A stretch of DNA of 51,443 nt, taken from Trichosphaerium sp. ATCC 40318 (lineage: Eukaryota > Protista > Tubulinea). The notes under the pieces were generated by a model, which worked only from the letters and a program-made list of their open reading frames with translations, searched no databases and was not told where the DNA came from. Shown in pieces: positions 1 through 12,450 of this stretch. Position numbers and translations under genes: made by a program. Every line of letters begins with the position of its first letter. The stretch's first letter is position 1. Location of the stretch: positions 1-51,443 of the forward strand of contig JALMLS010000111.1 in the NCBI GenBank assembly GCA_038496445.1, read 5' to 3'.

Positions 1-3000
1 TTTGAGGTACTTGACACTTGATTTGTTTCCTAGATTCAAATATGATTATTGTTTAACATCAATACAATTGATTGTTGTTGTGTTACACACGTACCACAAA
101 ACACAAGAATAGGTATTTTACTCCATTTCTTATTTTGCTTAATTATACTTTTCACCAAGTGCTCTGCTGCATTCTCATCTCCATCACCTTTACGGTACCT
201 GTTTGTTATAATACGTAGCCTGTTATTACAATATCCTTTAAACTTTTGAAGCCATGCCAAAACCTCTGAGGATGACATCATTGACAAAACCTTTGGAGTG
301 TTAGTACCCCTTCAACATATTCTATTTGGTTTGTGTACCTCTGTTTTCTTTGGCCGAGCTTTTAATAGCTTTACAATCTCTTTGTTCTCATTGGATAAGT
401 TATCGTCAACCCATAAGATGAGACACTTTGCATCTCTGTACTTGATGTTGAACTGTGATAGATTGATAGTGTTTGTGCTTTGATAATAAACAAGGTATCT
501 CGGAAGAATCTGTTAAAACAGAAAGTTAGAAGAAAACTGCCAAAGGTTATTAACAGATGTGAGGTTCGTACTTGTTTGTTGGAGAATACAACAATTTCAT
601 CAAAGTCTGGTTTTTCATGTTTTTTACAAGGATAGCAATTGCGAGCATTTGTTGTTTTTTTAACAATAGCATAGTGTGAATCGTATCCATCCTATTTTTG
701 CTGTTACACCACAACTAATGGGTAATTAATGGATTACCTTGCATCCTTTTCCGTAGAGGCTGTTTGGATCAAGAGGGTCAGGAACCTCAGTAGCTGGATA
801 AGGTTTTCCCATCATCACCCACGATATCAGCATACAAGGAGTATCTGTCTTGTTCCACTCAGCATACACCTTTCCTACAACAGTTTTATTAGCTCCAAGC
901 ACATGACTATAAACACGTACCATAGTCTGGGTATTGTGTAAAGTAGATACCATTCCCTTTGTAATAAAGTAAATCAGACACGTGCACATTGAAAAAGCAA
1001 CAGTACCAAAGAATCCTGCATCTTTCTTGCCTTTTGACTTTAACTTTGTTGGGTCTCTGAAGTTGTTGGTCGCAATTGAAAAACTGATGTGCTATGTATG
1101 CGTATAAGTAGCATACTTAATATGATGACAGTACCTCTGTTGTGCCGTGAAACCCACCAATGAGATTGATTTGCTCATTACCAGAAACACGAAGAGTGTA
1201 ATTTTTCAAATGGTTCATTGTCCGTTCTTGTGCTTCAAGTTTATTTTTATCAACTGCACTCAAACTACTATCGCGAATATCTAGATGATGGATTAATAAG
1301 AATTGCTAGCAAATGTTCAATCACTTACTTGAAGATTTAGATTGAAGTACTTTAGCAACGAGCTGTTCATATTTTTTTTGGAATGCAGCTTCAAGTGTTT
1401 GATTGTCAAAGAATACAATCTTTTCAAGTTTAAAGAACGACTCACTCTCAGTACCCATAAACTTGTAGAACATATTGCGAGCTCTCAAGTACTCATCACA
1501 ACGCTCCTTTTTAGATCAGTCAGCAAAGATGAAATACCAAGTCAGAATGCCAAGTTGGACAAAGTGTTACACATACTTTAGTTGTTTCGTTGCTTGTGAG
1601 AGAAGTCCATCTCAAACCTGGATACTTTTTCTTGTTCTTTTTCCAATTGCCTTGTGTTAAAAATTGTTCACCATGAAGACTGCTCCACAACCTATTGTGG
1701 CTTATTGTCAGAACAGGAAAGCCCTCTTTCAAGTGAGAGGCAGTGACAATATCTCCTATCAGATTGTTGTAAGCAAAGATGACCTTCACATTGTGGTTAC
1801 CTGTTTGTTCAAACTTATATGGAGGTTTTGTAGCAACAATAATATGACCGTTTTGAATACTTGCAGGGCATAGCTGAACTTGTCTACCTTCCAATGGTGC
1901 TAAGTATGATCCAATACATTTCTAAACATACATGAATTCTTACTTAACTACTATATTTGCTATCGTACCTTCCATAACCATGGCACCTTGCCTCTGATCA
2001 CAATGTTTACCACATTGTTACTATAGTACAGCACAATTGTGTTACCATAAAAATCATTCAATACAATCAGATTTGAAAAGAGGCGGAACTCTTTGTTTTG
2101 GAACTCTAGATATTTTGTAAGCATAAATACCACATTATTTCGGTGCTTCCCTCTTAATCTTGTTTGCAAGTTATTAAACGCATCTATTGACATTTCACTG
2201 ACTTGGTATGCTAAGAACTTTGAAACGGCTGATATGTGCTCATATTTGTCGGGAAGTGACTAAAGGTTGTTTAGCAACAATAACAATAAGAAAGCAAAGA
2301 AAAAACTGAGGAAAAAACATAAGCGAGAACATGTGTTTCAAACGTACTATTTTTTGAGTATTCTCATTTTTCTTGATTGTTTTAATCGTCTTGGTTACAA
2401 AACTATTATCTTTTTTAGGTATGAATGATAGTAACCTCCACTTTGTTGGCAACTTGCTCAAGTAAAACACATCAGAAAATATGGATAGTTCCTCCTTCCC
2501 TTCTTTAACTAGATCGATACTGGTGTCCTTTTCTGTCACAGGCGGAAAGTACAACATATCAGCTTTAGGCAATAATGAAATTATGACATATCCATCTGAG
2601 CCGTATACTTTCTAACCACAGTAAGTAAATAATGTACCAATAAACATGGTACCTTTTCTTCTCTTGTCAAGCGAACACAAAATGACAATTTAACCAAGAA
2701 TCTCATCACTTGCTTCACATCATCCACAGCACACTTTTTGAATACCTTTGAGATGCGGTAATGGGCCTCTGCATCTGTGAATACAGCACAGTGATTTCGA
2801 GACTTTTCATTTAACAATCTGTTCAGGTGTTCTGTAGGAGCAACAAAGACACTCATAATACGAGATAGAATGGGAGGGTCTAAACATGACATGTATGATG
2901 ACTAGAGGATAATTAAAACGAGTTCAATCTCATAGAAAATGCTTTAGGCAAGCAGTACCTCATCAAACATAATGCTACCAATAGAGTGAAGGTAATTTAA

Positions 3001-5551
3001 CGAGGCAACCAACTCAATTGGAGCCATTTTACATGTCTTAGGTAATAGTTTGATGACTTGTCCACTATCAAAATGTTATTCATCAGTGTTGTTGTAAATA
3101 ACAATCAACGTACATTGATATGATGTTACCCTTCAATCTATCCTTTTTCACAACTGCTTTCTTTAATGCTTTTTGTACTTCGTCATAAAGAGTTGGTACT
3201 TTTGGGTATTGTGACTTCATGTATTTTGCCTGACGCTTCAATTGTTTCTCAAGACCAGAGATACCTTTTGAAACAACATTAGGAGCCTTACTTAGTTTAA
3301 AATAAAACAAGTACCATCTAAGCAAAACACAAGGTACACTGATGATGTCATCTGATTGAAGGAGTATAGTGCTTTTTTATTGTCTTTTAAGTCTCCTGAA
3401 TGAATATCCAACTTGGATCCATATACTATCACTGAGTAGAATGTTCCATCTTGTCCACGCAAAAACTTACTAAGGGTATGAACCCAGTGTGTCAAGTGCT
3501 TCTTTTGTTCCACAATTGATAGTGATAAGTCAATCTAAAATAAATATTGATAAGAAAATGTTTGTGCACGTGGTCTTAGGATCCTTACAACAATGATGTA
3601 AATGGCAAGTTGTTTTGTGAAAAAATACTTGTGAAGTCCTTTGTATTCCATCTGTCCAGCAAAGTCTAAAACAGTGAATGATAAATCACCATATCTACAT
3701 GTTAGTGTTATGTCTTGTATAGAATATCAAACAAACGCACAATAGAGAAGAGGTATCAAAGCCAACTGTTGAATCAACACTGTCATCTTTTTCACCTGAC
3801 AACATCTTTACTAAAGTTGTCTTTCCTAATATTTATGTCAATGTAAAGAAACTCATATTGCTTGAGCATACCTGATCCTCCATGACCCACAACCAACAAT
3901 TTTGCTTTCAGTTGCTTCATGTATTCATATTCTGTGTGATCCATACCAGAAGCAATAGTTGATGGCTTTTTTTGATGGAACATTTTGTAATATTCACCTT
4001 GAAATTGTTCTTTTGTAATGTCGTGTATCTTTATTGGTATCACACGTGCCCCTGGAATATCACGTGCTTTTATTGTAACTAGTATCAATGTGAGTGCATA
4101 GTTAAATATGAGAATACTATTGGTATGTACCTTGATGTAATGATATCTCAGGGTCATGTAAACAAAGATCATAAACAAATACCACATCGCACACACAATT
4201 GTGTTCATCTGTGTGTTGTCTTATTCGTTCAACAACTTGAGTGAATGTCTCTTTTTTAACAATCTCAAAAATTAAGGATTTTTGACATGATATTTGGAAA
4301 GTGTCATTTGGTAAAGTAAAAAACGTGGGAGTTATAAACCAGTCATTCAGCTTCTTGAAATACTTCATATCTTCTGAAAATACATACACATCTTCAATGT
4401 CTGTGGATGTACTTTTGGTATAAATTATTGGCATTTTGAAAAAGGCGTGTTGATTGGGTTCTCCAGAAATCTTGGTATCTGCCAGATTACGAAAGTTGTC
4501 ATCCACAAAGTCACCAATGTATTTGGTACCATCTGGCCAATAATACTCTCCTTTTCCTGTTTTCTTGCCATCCACAAAGTCACCAATGTATTTGCTACCG
4601 CTTGGCCAAAAATACTCTCCTTTTCCTGTTAACTTGCCATCCACAAAGTCACCAATGTATTTGGTACCATCTGGCCAGTAACGCTCTCCTTTTCCTGTTT
4701 TCTTGTCATCCACAAAGTCACCGATGTATTTGGTTCCACTCGGCCAATAATACTCTCCTTTTCCTGTTTTCTTATCGTCCACAAAGTCACCAATGTATTT
4801 GGTACCATCTGGCCAATAATACTCTCCTTTTCCTGCTCTTGTCATCCACAAAGTCACCAATGTATTTGGTACCATCTGGCCAATAATACTCTCCTTTTCC
4901 TGTTCTTTTGTCATCCACAAAGTCACCAATGTATTTGGTACCATCTGGCCAATAACGCTCTCCTTTTCCTGTTAACTTGCCGTCCACAAAGTCACCAATG
5001 TATTTGGTACCACTCGGCCAATAATACTCTCCTTTTCCTGTTATCTTACCATCCACAAAGTCACCAATGTATTTGGTACCATCTAGCCAATAATACTCTC
5101 CTTTTCCTGTTCTCTTGCCATCCACAAAGTCACCAATGTATTTGGTACCATCTGGCCAATAATGCTCTCCTTTTCCTGTTAACTTGCCATCCACAAAGTC
5201 ACCGATGTATTTGGTACTGCTTGGCCAATGATACTCTCCTTTTCCTGTTATCTTGCCATCCACAAAGTCACCGATGTATTTGCTACCATTTTCATAGCCT
5301 ACGTATTTGGTTATCATCTTAAAATTCTCTTCAAAACATTAGAACTTACCACCAACATTGTTATCACAGTACCATGTCTGTTCGCCTTTACCATGTCTGA
5401 TACCACTTTTTAAAGTCCCTTTGTAAAAAGAACCTTCATCCAGAATGAATATTTTACCTACATAAGGATTATTGATAACAACTTCAAAAAAAACAATAAG
5501 ACGCTTACTAAAAACCAAAAAATCGCCTTGAGCGGATTTACTTTTGTCCAT
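1..5551 (-). CDS. Multi-exon Roco-family protein: MORN repeats - Roc GTPase - COR - PARP-like ADP-ribosyltransferase - receiver-like domain; 3' end runs off the window; apparent 2-nt frameshift in the MORN array near 4835
   Basis: Manual splicing via GT-AG introns. Starts MDKSKSAQG at 5551. MORN units YIGDFVDGKxTGKGEYYWPDGTK. Roc motifs: KLLVVGHGGSG|KTTL (P-loop, split by an intron near 3870-3826), STVGFD, LDFAGQMEYKGLHKYFF, IVYGSKLD. ART motifs: GGFHGTTE (~1150), DAGFFG|NGIYFTQYPDYG, SWVMMGKPY, GYDSH, DFDEIVVFSNKQ|ILPRYLVYY. Then ILWVDD...RIITNRYR...IPILVFCG. The COR assignment rests mainly on position after Roc. Confidence 0.85.
4495..5292 (-). repeat. Tandem 69-bp coding repeat, about 11.5 near-identical MORN units
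   Basis: Unit on + strand approximately ccatccacaaagtcaccaatgtatttggtaccatctggccaataatactctccttttcctgttaacttg; one unit lacks 2 nt (cctgctctt vs cctgttctctt). Confidence 0.95.
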
Positions 5552-6568
5552 TGCTTATGATCAACTGTAAACAACACAAAACCCAACTGACTGCACGTCT
5601 TTATTCGCTAAAAAGCTAATTCGTAAAACCGACAAAAATTGGCTAAAATAAATGTGCACATGAAAGTTTACGAAAAAGAAAAAAGTGTTTTTCAACGGTA
5701 GATAAATTACTTGTACTAGTAAAACGAGGTTGCTTGTACAAACGTAATAACGTCAAGTTGTTACGTGAGGATATAAGCCAAAAACCCTACAAAGCGTCAG
5801 GATAGAGTTTGCATCACCCTCTTGTAACAAGAAGCGAAGCCGACAGAGTTATAAAAAAACAGGCAAAACCCAAGATGAAGATTCACGTTTCAACTTTCTG
5901 GCGTACCTGAATAAAACCTCAAACCAATAGACCGTGTTTGTAATCACGTGATTTGTTTACTAAAGTTGACGGTTCTGTTCGAACAAAAACGGTTTACCGT
6001 CTGGTACTGTGCTAAATTAGTGAACCCACATATAGGGGATTTATTCTTGAAGCGCTTGTTCGCTCGAGGTCGAAAATAGCTTCGTTTGGAGTTTTTTGTT
6101 TGGCGGTAATGCGATTGCTTTGTTCATACTTTCAATTCGCTTTTAGCTCATTGAGCACTTCTGTGGTTTGATCGTACCGTGTACAGTTTGTGTAGGTAAA
6201 ATACTGCGATCATTATCCATGGTCTATTTAAACTGACATTGAAAAGTTTGTTCCCACTAGTACGTAAGTCATACTACGAAGTACGACAGTATAACACAAA
6301 TAGTTCACATTGTGATAGATCTACACTATTTGACAGAACTCTGTCAATCCTAGATCTGCAAGTGGCTCACTTTCTAGAAAATATTAGTAAAACTTGAATG
6401 AGACAATATCCACCTTTATTACATTGGTATGTACAGAAATGACAACTGGTATTGAAGCAAGGTTTGAGTACCTCTGTTGTGATGGTCAATGTAGTGAAGT
6501 GCAGAAAACCTAGTTGTAATACCAGAGAAACTAGGTTTAGGTGCCTTCTCCCTATATTGAAATACAGA

Positions 6569-8584
6569 TCAAAGATTCATTACATTGGTTTGAAGCTTTT
6601 CACAGAGTTCAAGTTCTGAAGTGAGATCTTCTTCATCAGAAGAGGACAATGCATCAATCTAAAAACTAATTAACTCATATACACTAACAATGTATTGTAA
6701 TAAATATGTAGTGACTTGTTACAAAACGCGTTTTTTTGGTTCAAACAAATGACGTACTTCAGAATCATAGTATTTCTTGAATTTTTCCATCTTTTCAATC
6801 CAACCATCTACAAACATCAGTCAGTAGCTGTTTCCATTGAACTGTTAATGTCTAAAAGTACATACCTTCAATTGACTCAGCATCTGACGTTAATAGGTCT
6901 TTTATAAATTCAACATAGCGTATGAGTAGAACAGCTTTACGAATACAATTGTTTTCGAAATAATCTTCTTGTTCCTGAAAAAAACAAAAAAAGATTGTAA
7001 GTACACGTGACTTGTTAAACAGAGATTTGTTGTTCCCCATACATTATCTTGAGTAAACTCTAATTTATCAGTAAATGCTACTTTATCATCTTGACGTGTT
7101 TCATATGATGTACTAAGGGTAAAACATCAGATGATGAGTGTTAAATCTAAACGTTCTTAAACGTACTCAAAAGAATAGTTGCTTGAAGCGTCATCCTCAG
7201 GCTCATCCATTTTCACGAGTATCACTGACCCTTTAGTACGACCCTTATCATCCATTATTGAGGGACAAGTACTCTTTATCTGGCACAACACACCTTCTTG
7301 AGGCTGTTCACAACCTTCGGTAAAGAGTAAATGACACATGGCACAACAAACGACAATAGATTGACTTTGACTCAAACGAGTTACGTACCTGGAGATCCAT
7401 AAACACGCTTGACATTATGACCTTGTGCTTTAAACTCTATTTTGATATTATAACAATCGATGGTTGTAATATAATCAAAGTCTGTAACCAACAAGTCATT
7501 GAATTCTTTTGGTGTTTTAACAGTGAAATAGTTACAACCTCTTGTATCTGTTATGATCGATACTGCTGAAGTATCAAACTGTGCGCCAATACCAACAAAC
7601 GTGGTGTATATTTTCTTGTTTGCCATTGCTTCAAAGGAAGGTTGAAGATCCTTTGCAAAGGCTCCCTACCGTAAAAGATTAGCCGACATGCCTTTGGTGA
7701 AAGTCGTACAGCATTGATTCGCATATCAGTGAAGAAGAACATTCTGTGTTCTCTCTTCTCTTTCACATCTTTCAACGCATCTTCAAGCATGATCTTTCCT
7801 GCCCTATAGCCTATCATACGAGGTGTTTTAGAAAGTGTAAGTGTCAAGACAGTAAGGTGAGTACCTTTTTCAAGATTTGTTCCACCTCGTGGTTGTACTT
7901 TTTCTATTCTCTGTTTGAGAGCATCTTTATCAACATCAGACCAACGTGTGAGTGGTAATAGATTCTCAGTAGTTGTATCAAATAGAACGATGCCCAAAAA
8001 GTCATCATCACGTATATTACTTAGCATACCAAGCATACTTTCTTTAGCAACTTCCATCTAAAAAACAAGGTCAAATCTTTGGACGAAGACAAATTAACCA
8101 GGGCATCTTCAGTCATTGTCTTAGCCGCCCAAGCTTTTATCCTAAAGAAAGACATACACATGATTTACTCTGACTATAGCTCATGCGACTTCTCATAGAT
8201 CCTGAGATATCCATGACAATAACAGTGTTCAAAGGTAACCTTTCATTGTGCTCATACAATCCTTTTCCATCAAGTTTTCCTGACATACCAATACACACGT
8301 GTCTTTCAATGTCACCTTTTTATTTTATTAAAGAACTAAGAAAAATAGCCACAGTGACAAACCAGCCAGTAGATTAGCATACCTGTTATAGGATTCCTTG
8401 ATTTACTTTTGAAATAGCGAGGTGAGAAGTATTTTTCTTTTTCTTGCTCTCCAACGTTGAATTTATGCTTATAAAGCATCCCTTCATATGTAATACTTGA
8501 TTCTGGTGGTAAAATGTCGCTATGTACATAACTACTGAACGCTGCAATGTCCTTTGCGCCTGCACTACTAGCTGCACAACCCAT
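6569..8584 (-). CDS. vWA (MIDAS) domain protein, copy 1, multi-exon, N-terminal MGC acylation-like motif
   Basis: MGCAASSAGAKDIAAF...LPPESSITYEGMLY; LNTVIVMDISGSM (DxSxS); LGIVLFD; PRGGTNLEKG; MFFFTDM; TTFVGIG; ends LQTNVMNL*. GT-AG introns throughout. Confidence 0.9.
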
Positions 8585-9110
8585 GACAAGCGGGTTTGTT
8601 GTTAAAGTTCGAAGGATATTTTTCAAATAAAATACAAATAAAAAGTACAAAAAGGTCCTTTTCACTTAACATACGCAGCGTGCGAAACACAGGCGCTATC
8701 AGTGTCGTGCGTTGTATGTCAGCGGTTGGCAGTATCATCAGTTTTTTGACTTATATCTATTTTCACGTGATTCTTAACCATTGGCTTATCGCCATCTAAC
8801 TGGTTTTCTGTTGGAAGACAATGCCATGAAAATGGAGAAACATTCCTTTTTTCGCACCCAAGCTATGCAGTTTTTTTTGCTTAACGAGTATATGTCAATA
8901 AGGTACGATAGAGTTATTACACTTATGTGCACATTGCTGTTGAACTAGTTCAGAGTAAGATTGGATGGCTTCCATTCAACACTACCTTTATCTGGTTAAA
9001 CACGTGTGCCCAACAGGCGTACTAAGGTAAACCTCATATTTATTGAAACATAAGCCAAGGATATCCAAAGTTAGGTATCCACAACAAACTTCATGCTTTG
9101 TACCACAATA

Positions 9111-9893
9111 TCATTCTGACATCAAAGCTTGCACACCCCATATCCTATGTGCACCTTTCAATACCTTTAGGCCCTCTTTTGTTATCAATTTGCAGTAGTG
9201 CAAGTCGATAGTGTGTACACCTACCAACGCCTTCAAACCTTCATCTGTCACTGGTACATGATGTAAATCAATATCATGTACACCAGCCAATGCCTTGATA
9301 CCTTTATCTGTAATTGAGGTATCTTCTAACGTGATAGTATGTACACCAGCCAAAGCCACCAAACCTTCATCTGTTACTTGTGTCCAAGATAAATATATTG
9401 CATGTACTCCCGCTAATGCCTTTATACCTTCATCCGTTATGTACTTACAAAACTGCAAAAAAATAGTGTGCACGCCTGCCAATGCCTTCAAACCTTCATC
9501 TGTTACCTTTGTAGATGTTAAATCAATCTCGTGAACACCAGCCAATGCCTTGATGCCCTCATCTGTTATATATTCGCAGTAATCCAAGTTGATTCTGTGT
9601 ACCCCTGCAAGTTGATATAAGTGACTATTGTGTACTTCAAAGTCACGAAACCAGATGAGCGTGTTCTTCAGTATACGTTCGTTTTCTGAAAGCAGTTTCA
9701 ACGCGGTTTCGCTTTTAACGTTGATTTGATCGTACCCAACAATATCATGGACGATGTCGTGGAGTGCGTGACATGTTTGGGCTCTAGTGCGTGCAAACAT
9801 CCCTTGTTTCAGTATGAGCACTATTATTTCGACTGGGAGCGCAATAAGGTCGAGTATGTCCTTGCAAGCATTTTCTGCGTTCACTTTCTCCAT
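9111..9893 (-). CDS. F-box-like + LRR protein (LAGVHTIxLxxTxVTDEGxKA repeats), no intron seen
   Basis: ORF 9111..9902, first ATG at 9893; N-terminal LIALPVEIIVLILK (F-box-like) followed by about 8 repeats of 21-22 aa. Confidence 0.85.
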   Translation of the reverse strand: MEKVNAENACKDILDLIALPVEIIVLILKQGMFARTRAQTCHALHDIVHDIVGYDQINVKSETALKLLSENERILKNTLIWFRDFEVHNSHLYQLAGVHRINLDYCEYITDEGIKALAGVHEIDLTSTKVTDEGLKALAGVHTIFLQFCKYITDEGIKALAGVHAIYLSWTQVTDEGLVALAGVHTITLEDTSITDKGIKALAGVHDIDLHHVPVTDEGLKALVGVHTIDLHYCKLITKEGLKVLKGAHRIWGVQALMSE

Positions 9894-10020
9894 TTTCTTC
9901 AATAACGTTTGTTTTGAAGCCGTTAGTAATAGAGGTGACTGATTAGTGCAACCAAGGGTTGAAAGTTGGGCAAAGTTGTTCCGCCTTGACTTAAACGGAC
10001 CGACACAGATAGCACTTACT

Positions 10021-10759
10021 ATGGCAATAAGGCGAACGGTACGCCATTATTATCGATTATTAACTTTCTAAAGAGACTTAGGTACAAACTGAGCGAATAT
10101 CATTTACCAAACTGCTACTGGAGCTGCCAGTTGAGCTACACCTCGATATAATGGATTTTTCATGCGAAGCGTATGTCAAATGGCCATTATTCTGTAAACT
10201 AACAGCGATTACGTCTCGATTTAATGACACGTTTGAAAAACACGGTAGATGGGTTAAATACACCTCTGATGGTAATAAATACCATCAACGCGTATATGAG
10301 AATGGTTTAAAGCAAGGAGAAGAAAAAAAATGGTGGAGAAAATCGAGTACACTTAAACTTGAGTGTCATTTCATTGATGATAAGTTGAATGGATTGTACA
10401 GGTCTTGGTATGCTAATAGTCAGTTGTCACAGGAGGTTCACTATGTAGATGGTAAGATGCAAGGAAATGGTAGGGAGTGGCATGAGAATGGTATGAAGTG
10501 TAGGATAGGTAACTATGTTGATGATAAAAAGGAAGGAGAGTTTCGTTGGTGGAACAACAGTGGTCAATTGATTATACATTGTTTTTATGTTAATGGTAAA
10601 CAACAAGGAGAGTATAAGGCATGGCATGATTGTGGTCAATTATATGAGAAGTATAATTGTGCTAATGGTAATATTGAAGGTGAATATAAGCGTTGGTTTG
10701 AAGATGGTGATTTATGTGAGCATTCTATTTATGAGAATGGTAAAATAGTACTAAGCTAG
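10021..10759 (+). CDS. F-box-like + MORN2 (YwqK-type) repeat protein with a short 5' exon and one 43-nt intron
   Basis: ATG GCA ATA AGG CGA ACG|gtacgc...gacttag|GTA CAA (intron 10039-10081) joins in frame to LLELPVELHLDIMDF and the 10151 ORF with GxYxxWYxNGQL repeats. Confidence 0.8.
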
Positions 10760-11070
10760 AACGCAAATTGATACTCGTTAATGAACTCCAAGCATTAGAT
10801 TGCGTTAATAACACAGTAGGAGATAATAAAGTCACGAGTTTAGAAGCTCCACATTTTCGTCAGTTAATGTAATCAACAATCCCATATGATTTTGGTATGT
10901 TGATACCTACGAGCCCCTGATTTCAGGGCTAAAGCAGAAGAACTCGTCTGTGATTATGAGCAAGGCACGCAATGTTCAGGTGAAATAGGTGAAAGTAGAT
11001 TTGGCCAAGCGTATCTACAGTAAACCCGGTTCTTATAAAAAGGCGTGAATACGTTGGATTTCATGCGTAC

Positions 11071-11084
11071 ACGTGACGTCACGT
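11071..11084. promoter_or_regulatory. Perfect 14-bp palindrome ACGTGACGTCACGT (CRE/E-box composite) upstream of the 11344 ORF
   Basis: Palindrome is directly visible; regulatory role is inferred. Confidence 0.3.
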
Positions 11085-11343
11085 TTTGCAAAAAACTCAT
11101 CATACGTATGGACTTGGATCACGTCGATTAATCGTTGGAGCACGTGCGTGTAGCGTTTCGTGAAAAGAACTTAAAATCTCAGCGAAATTTCATAGAGTTT
11201 TCATTGCGGAATAATAAAACCCGCAAGGTACGAATATAGTCATCCCGAAGTCAACAAAGTTCTTCATTTTAAGTTTACTGGCCCACTATTTACAACACCT
11301 CTTCGCTCTAACCCTCACATTGCTAAATACCTGACGTATAATA

Positions 11344-11586
11344 ATGGAAACAATATCTTCTCAATACTTTGACACCTATAACGTCCCTTCGTCTGATTTC
11401 AACTTCACAATCCCGCGTTTTGAGTATGATCCATACTTCGATCGTGATGTACCACGGTTAGATGAACCACACGAAGAGCCGCGAAAATATCGGTCACAAG
11501 ACGATTTAAAACTAACTGATGATTTTTGGGATGCAATGCATGTACCAGAAGTACTGGCTATTATTCGTGAGTCCGAAGAGGCGTAA
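11344..11586 (+). CDS. Small acidic intronless orphan protein (80 aa)
   Basis: ATG-initiated ORF with protein-like composition in otherwise non-coding sequence; no recognised domain. Confidence 0.5.
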   Translation: METISSQYFDTYNVPSSDFNFTIPRFEYDPYFDRDVPRLDEPHEEPRKYRSQDDLKLTDDFWDAMHVPEVLAIIRESEEA

Positions 11587-12450
11587 GAAGTCATTCACAA
11601 AGTGGGGAGATTTGGTATTTTTTCACTTTTTCAATCAGAGTAAAAAAAAATCAAACCCTCCTCGCATCTACTGCTGGCGATACTACAGCACTCCAAAAAC
11701 ATTTGTTGTATTTTTAAAAAACCTACACGTGCACACAGATGAGCTAAAATAGAAAAAAGCGTGGAATATTCAAGCCGTAAAAGCTTCTTTCTGTTTAGCA
11801 CAATGAAACGTGCATAAAACAAAAAAACTGTAAAGAATTCTGTAATAAAAAAGTGTACATACCTGACTTGTCTTTGTTTTAAATACCTCATTAGTGGTAC
11901 TACTCAGCGTAGTATTTGAAGTGTCATTTTTATAACGCTAAGAATTCCACAACAAAGAACGTGACCACAATAACGTGTTGTACATTTTTAGCGAACTCAC
12001 TAGTTTAACAAACCAAGCAAACACTAAGAAGGGCTTATTAATAAAATGGCACTTGTGCGATAGGTAGCCCGTGTATATATTGTAGTACATTTGAACAAAG
12101 GCAATTTGTATGTCTTGTAGTGGACTATTCCTTGACTCTGAACGAAGTACAGCGTGCTACGTTATCCAGATTGTACTAGGATCTTCATGTGATAGTATTC
12201 GATCTTCCATGTTCCTTCCACAACTCTCTGGTAAGGAAGAAAAACGGAACAGTTACGTTAAATCTCATTGGAATAATATGAGATTTTTCGCAATTCACAT
12301 TGTTTCACGCGTTCATAGCACCGTTAATAGTTTGGGTACACTTAAAAAATAACCTCTGAAAAAAGGATAGTGCCTAGTATTTGTGATGAAAACTTTTCAA
12401 TTTTCTCTCAAAGTCAACGCTGACTAATTTTTATAATTTTTCAAAACAAA

